Assembly (NCBI GenBank): GCA_041612005.1
Contig: JBFILW010000002.1
Span: 1-41,977 of the forward strand
Direction: 5' to 3'
Length of the DNA stretch: 41,977 nt
Source of the DNA: Gemmatimonadota bacterium
GTDB lineage: Bacteria; Gemmatimonadota; Gemmatimonadetes; Palauibacterales; Palauibacteraceae
Part shown: piece after piece, positions 1-6,633 of the stretch
How positions within the stretch are numbered: the first letter of the stretch is position 1
Layout: every line of letters starts with the position of its first letter
Notes under the pieces: model-generated
The model's database searches: none
Seen by the model: the letters and a program-made list of their open reading frames with translations, nothing else
What the model was told of the DNA's origin: nothing
Program-made: the position numbers and the translations under genes

Positions 1-289
1 ACAGTGTCCGCCCGCCGGAGTTGTCCCACAGCAAGAGACTCGTTGTTCCGGCCTCTTTGCCGTTGATCACGACTTCAGTGGTCGACACAGGTACCGCATC
101 GGCCACATCCGGGTCGGATATCGAGACGCGCTGCAGTGGTGAGGAATGGGCAAGGACGGCAGAGTTGCCGACCGCGACCGGTACCACACCAGCCTCCTGA
201 ACTGCCTGCGCCGTAAGCTGAGTCGGGATCGCGAGCGCGAGTGCTGTGGCGGCGATCACGAAGCTCGAAGCGACGGTCAAGCGTTGCAT
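1..289 (-). CDS. cpaC: Tad/Flp pilus secretin CpaC/RcpA, N-terminal fragment. The gene runs off the left edge and is absent from the ORF track because no stop lies in the window.
   Basis: My own minus-strand translation from the ATG at 289-287 gives MQRLTVASSFVIAATALALAIPTQLTAQAVQEAGVVPVAVGNSAVLAHSSPLQRVSISDPDVADAVPVSTTEVVINGKEAGTTSLLLWDNSGGRTL. This is a signal peptide followed by the pilus-secretin N-terminal motif (rVsisDPdvADa...ev.inGk..GtTsL.lWd). GAGGAG lies about 9 nt upstream. The gene sits directly downstream of cpaB, as in tad loci. An alternative ATG at 310 overlaps the cpaB stop (ATGA). Confidence 0.7.
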   Translation of the reverse strand, partial: MQRLTVASSFVIAATALALAIPTQLTAQAVQEAGVVPVAVGNSAVLAHSSPLQRVSISDPDVADAVPVSTTEVVINGKEAGTTSLLLWDNSGGRTL

Positions 290-306
290 GCCTCTGCTCC
301 TCTGTC

Positions 307-1137
307 TCATGATCCCCCTCCGATATTGGTCGTGCTGCGCTCCGATCCCTTATAAACTTCGATGGTCGTGCCCCTGGACCGCGGCGCCGAGCGAACAACC
401 CGTCGCGGCGATGGCTTGGCCGGACCCCTGACGAGGGCCGTGGCCTGAATGCCAGCAGTCGTGACCGTGTCCATGTCGAGCGTGTTGCGAAGGGCGAGCT
501 GGATCTTCCCCTTCATCGCGGAAAGCGTGAGCTTCTCCGCTTCCTCCGGGTTGACCAGGAGCGTGATCACGGTCACGCTCTGCGGCTCACCGTTGGCGTC
601 CCGCTGAATCGTCTGTCCGGCCGCCAACACCTGCCGGTTCTGAAGAATCAGCTTGGCCACCGGGTCGGTCTGCATTGCCTGCTGATCCAGTGTGACGAGT
701 ACGTCGACCCTAGTTGCGGGGAGCACGAAGCCAGCGACGCCGATAACCTCATCGACTTTGACGCTGACAGCCCGCATCCCCTGCGGAATAATGATCGGCA
801 GACCGCCCCCCGCTTCCTTGAGGGCGAGCTTGGTCGCCAGGAGGGGCTCGTTGGTCTTGACGTCAGTGATCAGACCGTGTCCGATCACTTCAGCCGGAGA
901 AGTTGTGTAACCCTCCGGAAGCACTTCCGACGGCCAGTCCACAAGGCGCACGTCCTCTTCGCCGATCACGGTCCCCACAGGGAGATCACGCGCGGCGACC
1001 GCCACCTCAGTAATGCTTGTCGGTGCGGCTTCGACTATGTCGGCAGGTTGGCGCAAGTACGTCAGCGCCAAGTAGCCTGCGGCACCGCCTGAAACCAGCG
1101 CCAGAGCAAGCACTATCCACAGCCTCTTACCTCTCAT
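307..1137 (-). CDS. cpaB: Flp pilus assembly protein CpaB/RcpC
   Basis: Lies within the 307..1242 ORF. I place the start at the internal ATG at 1137 (MRGKRLWIVLALALVSGGAAGYLAL), which gives one N-terminal TM helix and has GGAGAC 7 nt upstream. The body resembles a SAF domain plus an RcpC/CpaB domain (VAARDLPVGTVIGEEDV..., IPQGMRAVSVKVDEVIGVAGFVLPATRVDVLVT). Context is cpaA-cpaB-cpaC. Confidence 0.85.
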   Translation of the reverse strand: MRGKRLWIVLALALVSGGAAGYLALTYLRQPADIVEAAPTSITEVAVAARDLPVGTVIGEEDVRLVDWPSEVLPEGYTTSPAEVIGHGLITDVKTNEPLLATKLALKEAGGGLPIIIPQGMRAVSVKVDEVIGVAGFVLPATRVDVLVTLDQQAMQTDPVAKLILQNRQVLAAGQTIQRDANGEPQSVTVITLLVNPEEAEKLTLSAMKGKIQLALRNTLDMDTVTTAGIQATALVRGPAKPSPRRVVRSAPRSRGTTIEVYKGSERSTTNIGGGS

Positions 1138-1339
1138 GATGAGTCTCCTGAGCACCTGCTGATTCGAGTAAGAAATCTCCGACTGGCCTGTCGGGGCCAT
1201 CCAGACAGAGAGTTGACGACCGCAGCGGTCGACTGGTAACAAACCGCCTGACTAGTCTGGACATAGCCGCTGCGGGCTGTCCGCCGGAAGCGGTCGAATC
1301 GGGGCCAGTTTGGCCTGTCCGCGCTGCGGCTGCGGTGCG

Positions 1340-1846
1340 TCACGCGAACCACGCTGCCAACGCCCCAATCGCGATCGCCACTCCGTAGGGGACCGTGATC
1401 GCTTCGGGCGAGGTCAGGGTCGGAAGATCGGCGCGTCGGGCACGCGAGAAGATCCCGACCACGATATGGCGGCAGTTGCGGAGTGTCTGGACCAGCGCAC
1501 CACGGCGTAGGATCGCGATGAGAGCCATGAGGCCACCAGCGAGCGCCGTGATCAGAAGTGCATTCAGCAGACGACCGGGGCCGAGGAACGCGCCGCACGC
1601 CGTGAGGAGCTTTACGTCGCCCGCTCCGAGCCCGCGCACGATGAACAGGGGAACTGAGAGGCCGAAGGCCAGCAGGGCCCCAAGCAGGCCGGCGGTGACT
1701 TCATCGAACCCGCCACCCACCGCCCGGAGAGCGAGTGCCACCACGAAGCCCGTGAGCGTGAGCGCGTTGGGAATGCGGCGAGTGCGGATGTCCCACCAGG
1801 CGGCCAGGGTGGCCAGGGCGACAATCGATACGGTGCCAGGAGTCAC
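1340..1846 (-). CDS. cpaA: Prepilin peptidase CpaA/TadV (A24 family aspartic peptidase)
   Basis: 168-aa polytopic membrane protein with a GTG start. It has the AAWWDIRTRRIPN motif and a second GAGDVKLL motif, the two catalytic Asp boxes typical of CpaA/TadV. It lies downstream of the flp pilin genes. Confidence 0.85.
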   Translation of the reverse strand: MTPGTVSIVALATLAAWWDIRTRRIPNALTLTGFVVALALRAVGGGFDEVTAGLLGALLAFGLSVPLFIVRGLGAGDVKLLTACGAFLGPGRLLNALLITALAGGLMALIAILRRGALVQTLRNCRHIVVGIFSRARRADLPTLTSPEAITVPYGVAIAIGALAAWFA

Positions 1847-1908
1847 GTGTCGTTGTGTGCTCGGGTCATCACTCGATTCTCACTTGTCGCGCCTCGGTCG
1901 GCGCAAGG

Positions 1909-1952
1909 ACAAAAAAGACACCGGGAATGAGCCGAAACCCATCCCCGGTGTC
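1909..1952 (-). terminator. Rho-independent terminator or attenuator between flp pilin 1 and cpaA
   Basis: The minus strand reads GACACCGGGGAUGGGUUUCGGCUCAUUCCCGGUGUC followed by UUUUUUG. This gives an approximately 15-bp stem (including G-U pairs) and a U6 tract, about 40 nt after the flp stop. Confidence 0.7.
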
Positions 1953-1993
1953 CCTGTGCGGTGACAGGCCGGGTGCCAAGAGATCCGCTTCAC

Positions 1994-2164
1994 TCAAGGA
2001 AGCGGGATCTGGCCGCCCAGAGTCGTGAACCATCCACCGATCTGACCACCGAAAGCGGTCACACCAATCACAGCCACGATCGCAATGAGGGCAACGAGCA
2101 GACCATACTCGGCCAGATCCTGGCCGGAATCTTCCCTCAGTAGTTTTCTGAAGCGTTCCCGCAT
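1994..2164 (-). CDS. flp: Flp family type IVb pilin (copy 1, 56 aa)
   Basis: This is the C-terminal part of ORF 1994..2374, starting at the ATG at 2164: MRERFRKLLREDSG/QDLAEYGLLVALIAIVAVIGVTAFGGQIGGWFTTLGGQIPLP. It carries the canonical Flp processing motif G-XXXX-EY followed by a hydrophobic helix. A strong SD, GGGAGGGAGGAAAGC, lies immediately upstream. Confidence 0.85.
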   Translation of the reverse strand: MRERFRKLLREDSGQDLAEYGLLVALIAIVAVIGVTAFGGQIGGWFTTLGGQIPLP

Positions 2165-2288
2165 GCTTTCCTCCCTCCCGGCTGCACTGCCCGCGAGATT
2201 GGAGTATCCAGCGCGGGCGGCAGCGGGCGACGTGCCCGCCCGCCCACAACTGGCGTCAGTTCGAGCGCCGTATGACGGCGCCGATTCC

Positions 2289-2459
2289 CTAAGGAATCCC
2301 GATCGAAGTTCCGAGGTTCGTGAAGAACCCGCCGATCTGGGTGCCAAACGCCGTGACGCCGATAACGGCGACAATAGCGATCAGCGCGACGAGCAGACCG
2401 TATTCGGCCAGATCCTGCCCGGACTCGTCGCTCCACAAGGCCTTGAAGAGCTCCAGCAT
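2289..2459 (-). CDS. flp: Flp family type IVb pilin (copy 2, 56 aa)
   Basis: This is the C-terminal part of ORF 2289..2717, starting at the ATG at 2459: MLELFKALWSDESG/QDLAEYGLLVALIAIVAVIGVTAFGTQIGGFFTNLGTSIGIP. It has the same G-XXXX-EY motif. The SD GGGAGGAACA lies upstream. Confidence 0.85.
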   Translation of the reverse strand: MLELFKALWSDESGQDLAEYGLLVALIAIVAVIGVTAFGTQIGGFFTNLGTSIGIP

Positions 2460-2567
2460 GTGTTCCTCCCGGCTGAAAAGCCGTCTTGAATTGAATGGTC
2501 GGGGAGGGCATCTGCGGAAGTGCTCCGTTTCGGCGCTTCGCCCCGACATCGATCCGCGCCTTTCTTC

Positions 2568-2583
2568 TGCGTTTCTCGTGCCA
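2568..2583 (-). promoter_or_regulatory. Candidate sigma-54 (-24/-12) promoter upstream of flp copy 2
   Basis: The minus strand reads TGGCACGAGAAACGCA. The -24 element TGGCAC is perfect and the GG-N10-GC spacing is satisfied. The -12 element ACGCA is only a partial match to TTGCA. It lies about 110 nt upstream of the flp2 ATG. This is a pattern match only. Confidence 0.25.
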
Positions 2584-2750
2584 GCGGGCTGCCCCGATCG
2601 CGCGGCCTGCCTGCGCCGTTGGGGGGCGTCGAAGGAAAGCGGGAGATGTGGCTGTGGTGCGAAGCGCACGGTCTGAACAGGGCTGAATGCACGATCGGGT
2701 TGCAAAGTGCAAATCAACGCCGCGGCCGCTAGGCGACCTTGCTGAGGGAC

Positions 2751-2788
2751 AAGAAAAAGGCCCGCCCGGCGGGGTGCCGGACGGGCCT
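2751..2788 (-). terminator. Rho-independent terminator of the OmpA-family gene
   Basis: The minus strand reads GGCCCGUCCGGCACCCCGCCGGGCGGGCC followed by UUUUUCUU. This gives a 12-bp GC-rich stem with an ACCCC loop, starting about 23 nt after the stop at 2811. Confidence 0.75.
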
Positions 2789-2810
2789 GTTGAGGTTGAT
2801 CTGCTTGAGC

Positions 2811-4313
2811 TCAGTCGGTCCCGATTACCAGGAACTCCACCCGTCGGTTCTGAGCCCGACCTTCATCGGTGTCGTTCGTCGCAATCGGCTCCGCCTCGCC
2901 GACTCCGCGAGCCCGAAGCTGCGTGGACTCGATGTCGGAGAAGTTCTCCAACAGGTAGTCGACGACCGCTTGGGCGCGGCGCTGACTGAGCCGGAGGTTG
3001 TAGGCCGCCGAGCCAATGCTGTCAGTGTGACCCTGAATCTCGAGCTGGACTTCCGGTCGGGCGACCAGCGTGTTACCGATCAGGGCAAGCTCGGCCTGCG
3101 ACGCTTCCTGCAGCGCCGCCGAGTTGAAGGCGAAGAAGATGTTCTGCAACACCATGCGCCCGGCCTGGATCCCGGCCTGGATCCGCGTGCAACCCTGTGC
3201 GTCGACCTCGGTGTTGGCCGGCGTGTTCGGGCACTGGTCGATCCCGTTCGGGACGCCGTCGCCGTCATCGTCGACCGGGCAACCGCGCGCGTCGACCTCC
3301 GCGCCTCGCGGCGTGTTCGGGCACTGGTCGACGCCGTCGTAGACGCCGTCGCCGTCGCTATCCATCGGACAACCTCTGGCGTCGACAGTCGCGCCAGCGG
3401 GCGTATTCGGGCACTGATCGATCCCGTCCGGCACCCCATCGCCGTCGCCGTCGACCGGGCAACCGGTAGCGTCAACAACGGCACCGGCCGCCGTGTTCGG
3501 GCACTGGTCGAGATAGTCGGGCACGCCATCGCCGTCGCCGTCGAGCGGACAACCGTTGGCGTCAACCGCAACACCCTTCGGTGTGTCGGGGCAGCGATCG
3601 AGGTTGTTGGGAACGCCGTCGCCATCCGAGTCAGCCTGGCCGCCGAAGAAGAGCGTCAGACCACCCGTGTACTCCCAGTTGTTGGTGGCCTGGTCCGGGA
3701 TCCCCGTTGCGTTGGTCGGCATGCGGAGCGTCGGGTTGAGCTGCCGGCGCAGGTCCGCCATCCCGTCGAAGGCGATGTAGTTCCGTACCTCGGCGCGGAG
3801 CGCGATCATGCGCGAAAAGAAGAAGGTCACGCCGCCGCCCAACTCGAGTGAGTTGTCGGTCTCCTTCGAGAAATCGGGGTCGATCTTCGTCCAGTCCCAA
3901 TTGATCGCGCCCCAGCCCGCAGTCAAGAAGAACTGCGCTGCTTGGGCCAACTGGAAGTTGTAAGAGAGATTGGCCCCGTAGATCAGAGCGTTGACGGTCG
4001 TGTCCTCGAAGGTCGTGTTGCTCGTGAAATTCGGCTTCGAGAAGCCGAAGCTACCCTCGATGCCGATGCCGTTCTTGAACACGTACTTGATGCGGCCGCC
4101 GTACGTGGCCGCACCCTTCACTCTGAAGGTCTCCTCGGCCAGGAACGCCGGCACGTCGCCGTTATCGAAGTCCGGCGCACTCGGATCAAAGTACCCGGCG
4201 TAGCCGGTGATACCGAAGCCGCCCACACCCCAACCGTCCTGCGCTTGCAGGTTCGAGCCGGTCAGAAACACCAGAGCCACCGCGAACAAGAGACTCCCAC
4301 ACCATTTGTTCAT
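2811..4313 (-). CDS. OmpA-family outer-membrane protein: N-terminal beta-barrel-like region, five thrombospondin type-3 (TSP3) calcium-binding repeats, and a C-terminal OmpA peptidoglycan-binding domain
   Basis: Lies within ORF 2811..4589. The start is set at the ATG at 4313 (MNKWCGSLLFAVALVFLTGSNLQAQ signal peptide), with GGAGGAGGAGAGG upstream. There are five repeats of the form DxDGDGVPDxxDQCPNTPxGxxVDxxGCP. The C-terminus, FAFNSAAL...GHTDSIGSAAYNLRLSQRRAQAVVDYL...NRRVEF, is the classic OmpA_C signature. Confidence 0.9.
   Translation of the reverse strand: MNKWCGSLLFAVALVFLTGSNLQAQDGWGVGGFGITGYAGYFDPSAPDFDNGDVPAFLAEETFRVKGAATYGGRIKYVFKNGIGIEGSFGFSKPNFTSNTTFEDTTVNALIYGANLSYNFQLAQAAQFFLTAGWGAINWDWTKIDPDFSKETDNSLELGGGVTFFFSRMIALRAEVRNYIAFDGMADLRRQLNPTLRMPTNATGIPDQATNNWEYTGGLTLFFGGQADSDGDGVPNNLDRCPDTPKGVAVDANGCPLDGDGDGVPDYLDQCPNTAAGAVVDATGCPVDGDGDGVPDGIDQCPNTPAGATVDARGCPMDSDGDGVYDGVDQCPNTPRGAEVDARGCPVDDDGDGVPNGIDQCPNTPANTEVDAQGCTRIQAGIQAGRMVLQNIFFAFNSAALQEASQAELALIGNTLVARPEVQLEIQGHTDSIGSAAYNLRLSQRRAQAVVDYLLENFSDIESTQLRARGVGEAEPIATNDTDEGRAQNRRVEFLVIGTD
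3198..3632 (-). repeat. Five tandem 87-nt coding repeats (TSP3 units) inside the OmpA-family gene
   Basis: The plus-strand core gtgttcgggcactggtcga...gacgccgtcgccgtc recurs with an 87-nt period near 3222, 3309, 3396, 3483 and 3570. Each unit encodes 29 aa. Confidence 0.9.
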
Positions 4314-4470
4314 GTCGCCTCTCCTCCTCCGACTTGAGACAGGCAGGTCGAGTGAACCTTGGCGAGCGGTTCCGTCCGGACTGCTCCGAAACGTCGACCC
4401 GTAAGTTGATGATCCAATGTTGGGATATCGCCAGACTGCCCCCGCAGCATCACAACGATACGAAGCTAAA

Positions 4471-4499
4471 GCTATAACCGCCCGGTACGAAGCTGTCAA
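4471..4499 (-). promoter_or_regulatory. Candidate sigma-70-type promoter for the OmpA-family gene
   Basis: The minus strand reads TTGACA-17 nt-TATAGC. It lies about 155 nt upstream of the ATG at 4313, in a 295-nt non-coding gap. This is a pattern match only. Confidence 0.35.
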
Positions 4500-4608
4500 G
4501 TCGTCCGGACGGGCTTCGAGAGGCCGAGAGGCCGCGCCGGAAGTGCGATTCCGCGATTCGGACGGCCGGTGGACGGACCTCGCGCCCAACCGGCTGGATC
4601 GCGCTCAG

Positions 4609-5091
4609 TCAGCCGCTGCTGCTCGTGTCCGGCTCGCGGGCGGGCTCCGCTGGGTCCGGAGTCGCCTCTCCGCCCAGAGGCTGTTCGCAGAACATGACTC
4701 GTGTAACAGTTTCTTCCACCAAGACCAGCTCGCATACCGCCCGATTCTTTCCGTCCTTGAACGGCAGGCGGTCGTTGCGGACGTACCAGCGCAGCCTGAC
4801 CTCTTCGCCGGTCCTGAACCGCCTCCAGAAAGCGTTTCCGGTCGTCGCTCGCCGAGCGGGGTTGGAGATCAGGCTCACGACCTCCATCGCCATGCCGTCG
4901 ATGAACACCCCCTCGAGGATCGCATCTCGAAGCCCCGGCTCGATGTCCGGATGGGCGTCGACCCACTCCTGGCGAACAGCCAATGCGCTGAGGTCGGAGT
5001 TGGGTCCTCCCGGTTGGTTGGGCAGGAAGACGGTGTTCTGCACGCAGCCGGCGAGCAGCGCGAGCAAGATGCTCGGGATCAGACGTTTCAT
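4609..5091 (-). CDS. Hypothetical lipoprotein
   Basis: ORF 4609..5118. The preferred start is the ATG at 5091, giving MKRLIPSILLALLAGC with an LAGC lipobox. I recognise no family. The C-terminal tail is Pro/Glu/Asp/Ser-rich. No clear SD precedes either candidate start. Confidence 0.6.
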   Translation of the reverse strand: MKRLIPSILLALLAGCVQNTVFLPNQPGGPNSDLSALAVRQEWVDAHPDIEPGLRDAILEGVFIDGMAMEVVSLISNPARRATTGNAFWRRFRTGEEVRLRWYVRNDRLPFKDGKNRAVCELVLVEETVTRVMFCEQPLGGEATPDPAEPAREPDTSSSG

Positions 5092-5158
5092 GGCGCAGAA
5101 AACCAGGTTCTGAGTCAAATGTGAATTCTCGAAATCGCTGCCTTATTACAGGGCGCTC

Positions 5159-5329
5159 TCAAGATAGTGCCGGACAGCTCTGTAAGATAACCGCCAGGCC
5201 CACCCCGGCGGCCGCTCCCATGATCGTGAGCTGTGGCAGGAACTGGCCTCGCTTCTGCCGCTTCCTGCAGTGGGGGCAGTGTGCCGCATGTTCCGGTATC
5301 CGCGCATTGCAGCAGTGACAGTCTTTCAC
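5159..5329 (-). CDS. Small zinc-ribbon membrane protein (56 aa). It is below the ORF-track size cutoff.
   Basis: My own translation gives GTG-MKDCHCCNARIPEHAAHCPHCRKRQKRGQFLPQLTIMGAAAGVGLAVILQSCPALS-TGA. It has two CxxC knuckles (CHCC and CPHC), a basic stretch, then one TM helix. GGAGATACAAC lies directly upstream of the GTG. Third-position GC is high, like its neighbours. It fills the gap between the 5361 stop and the lipoprotein gene. Confidence 0.45.
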   Translation of the reverse strand: MKDCHCCNARIPEHAAHCPHCRKRQKRGQFLPQLTIMGAAAGVGLAVILQSCPALS

Positions 5330-5360
5330 GTTGTATCTCCGCAGTCTGCCCTGATCGGGG

Positions 5361-6506
5361 TCACAAGCCCGTCGCCTCGCGTGTTGGCCGGCCCGATTGT
5401 CCGCGACGACCCGAACTCGTCTTCGCCGGTTTGGGGTGGATCCACCTGAACACGATCGACCCGCCCACCGCTACGGTGAGGTATGTGAGGAAAAAGCGCC
5501 AGACGACCGTGTAGGCGACGAGCAGCGCGGCCGGCATGAACGGGCTCATCACGGCCGGCGTGATGATCTCCGCAACCCCAGAGCCGCCGGGCGTCGGCAT
5601 GAAGTATATGAGGAACTGGATCATGACGTGGAGGAGCACGATGTTCCAGAACCCGGCGTCGATGCCGAAGCCTCGGAGAACGGCCCAACCAATGAGGAAC
5701 CGGCCTCCGAAGTGCAGGACCCCGGCCATTACAGCCAGAAGCAGGGCGATCTTCCCTTTGCGCGCATAGATGATGAGGCTGCCGTGCAGCTCGTGTAACC
5801 ACCGCAGCAGGGTTCGCACGCGCGGCCCACGCCCGAACACACGCAGTGCCAGCTTCCTGGCCGGTCGCGGGTTGACCGCGAACAGGATGATCAACGCAGC
5901 GATAATTCCGAATCCGGCCGCCGACCACTCGAACAGCCTCGCGGCGGAGATGTTCAGCGGCAGCTGGACACCTTCGATCTCCGATGCGGCGCCCAGCCAC
6001 CAGGCGCCGAGACCGGCCAACGACAAGAAAATGAGGTTGACGAGCACGCTGGCAAAGTTCGCCGCTGCCGCACGCCCAATGGACACGCCCTGCCGGACCA
6101 GGCCGAACAGCTGCGCAGGTCCACCGCCGGCGCCCGCGGGTGTCAGGTAAGCGATGGCGGCAGTGGCGCCGCTGATTTCGACGCACCTCCAGTATGAGAG
6201 ACGGATGTCGAGCGGCCGAAGCAGCAACCACACCCTGAAGCCACCGCCAAACCAGTCGAACGAAGCGAAGACGAGGCAGACCAGGCCCCAGCGAAGATCG
6301 AAGAGACGGAACGCGCTGAGGCTGCCCCCAACGTCCTGCGTAATGTAGAAGACCGCTCCGAGCCCGATGAGGCTCGCGGCGATGAAGACTTTGAGGCCCC
6401 AGCGGATCGCGCCCGGTGGCACCTTGAGAGTGACGTCCTCGCGGGGTCTTGTCGGAGTTCGCGTTCGTCCCCGCGCAGCGTTCTGGTCTCGATCTCTGTG
6501 GCTCAT
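5361..6506 (-). CDS. Lysylphosphatidylglycerol-synthase-TM / flippase-like (PF03706, UPF0104) integral membrane protein
   Basis: ORF 5361..6635. It is polytopic, with about 8 hydrophobic segments, and carries the family-typical PTPGGSGVAEI motif near the C-terminus. I prefer the ATG at 6506 (MSHRDRDQ...), because the 5' extension is Arg/Pro-rich junk that would overlap the divergent gene. The start remains uncertain. Confidence 0.75.
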   Translation of the reverse strand: MSHRDRDQNAARGRTRTPTRPREDVTLKVPPGAIRWGLKVFIAASLIGLGAVFYITQDVGGSLSAFRLFDLRWGLVCLVFASFDWFGGGFRVWLLLRPLDIRLSYWRCVEISGATAAIAYLTPAGAGGGPAQLFGLVRQGVSIGRAAAANFASVLVNLIFLSLAGLGAWWLGAASEIEGVQLPLNISAARLFEWSAAGFGIIAALIILFAVNPRPARKLALRVFGRGPRVRTLLRWLHELHGSLIIYARKGKIALLLAVMAGVLHFGGRFLIGWAVLRGFGIDAGFWNIVLLHVMIQFLIYFMPTPGGSGVAEIITPAVMSPFMPAALLVAYTVVWRFFLTYLTVAVGGSIVFRWIHPKPAKTSSGRRGQSGRPTREATGL

Positions 6507-6633
6507 CCACTGGCCTGTTGAAGGTCCGAACGCTGGCAATCTGGCCGCCCAACCAGGTCGCCTGTAGGATAAAGCGGGCGGTGGCCCGCACGACAGGGCT
6601 TGCCCGCCACAACCGAGCGAAGCGGAACCAATC

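Noticed and set aside
1138-1339. 46-aa minus-strand ORF (MSRLVRRFVTSRPLRSS...) in the cpaA-cpaB gap
   Set aside because: It has no SD and low third-position GC relative to real genes here. It runs out of frame into the cpaB start and shows no recognisable features.
2460-2750. c-di-GMP or other riboswitch in the flp leader
   Set aside because: I read the minus strand for GEMM-I/II-like cores and found none. Only a weak sigma-54-like motif is reported.
3198-3632. Regular 87-nt periodic repeats considered as a possible CRISPR-like array
   Set aside because: The repeats are contiguous with no unique spacers, are in-frame coding for 29-aa TSP3 units, and lie inside a well-supported gene.
2739-3851. 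370-aa plus-strand ORF with its own internal repeats (RVRALVDPVRDAVAV...)
   Set aside because: It is the antisense image of the TSP3 repeat region of the OmpA-family gene. The minus strand has a signal peptide, an SD, TSP3 units and an OmpA_C domain. The periodicity on the plus strand is a mirror artefact.
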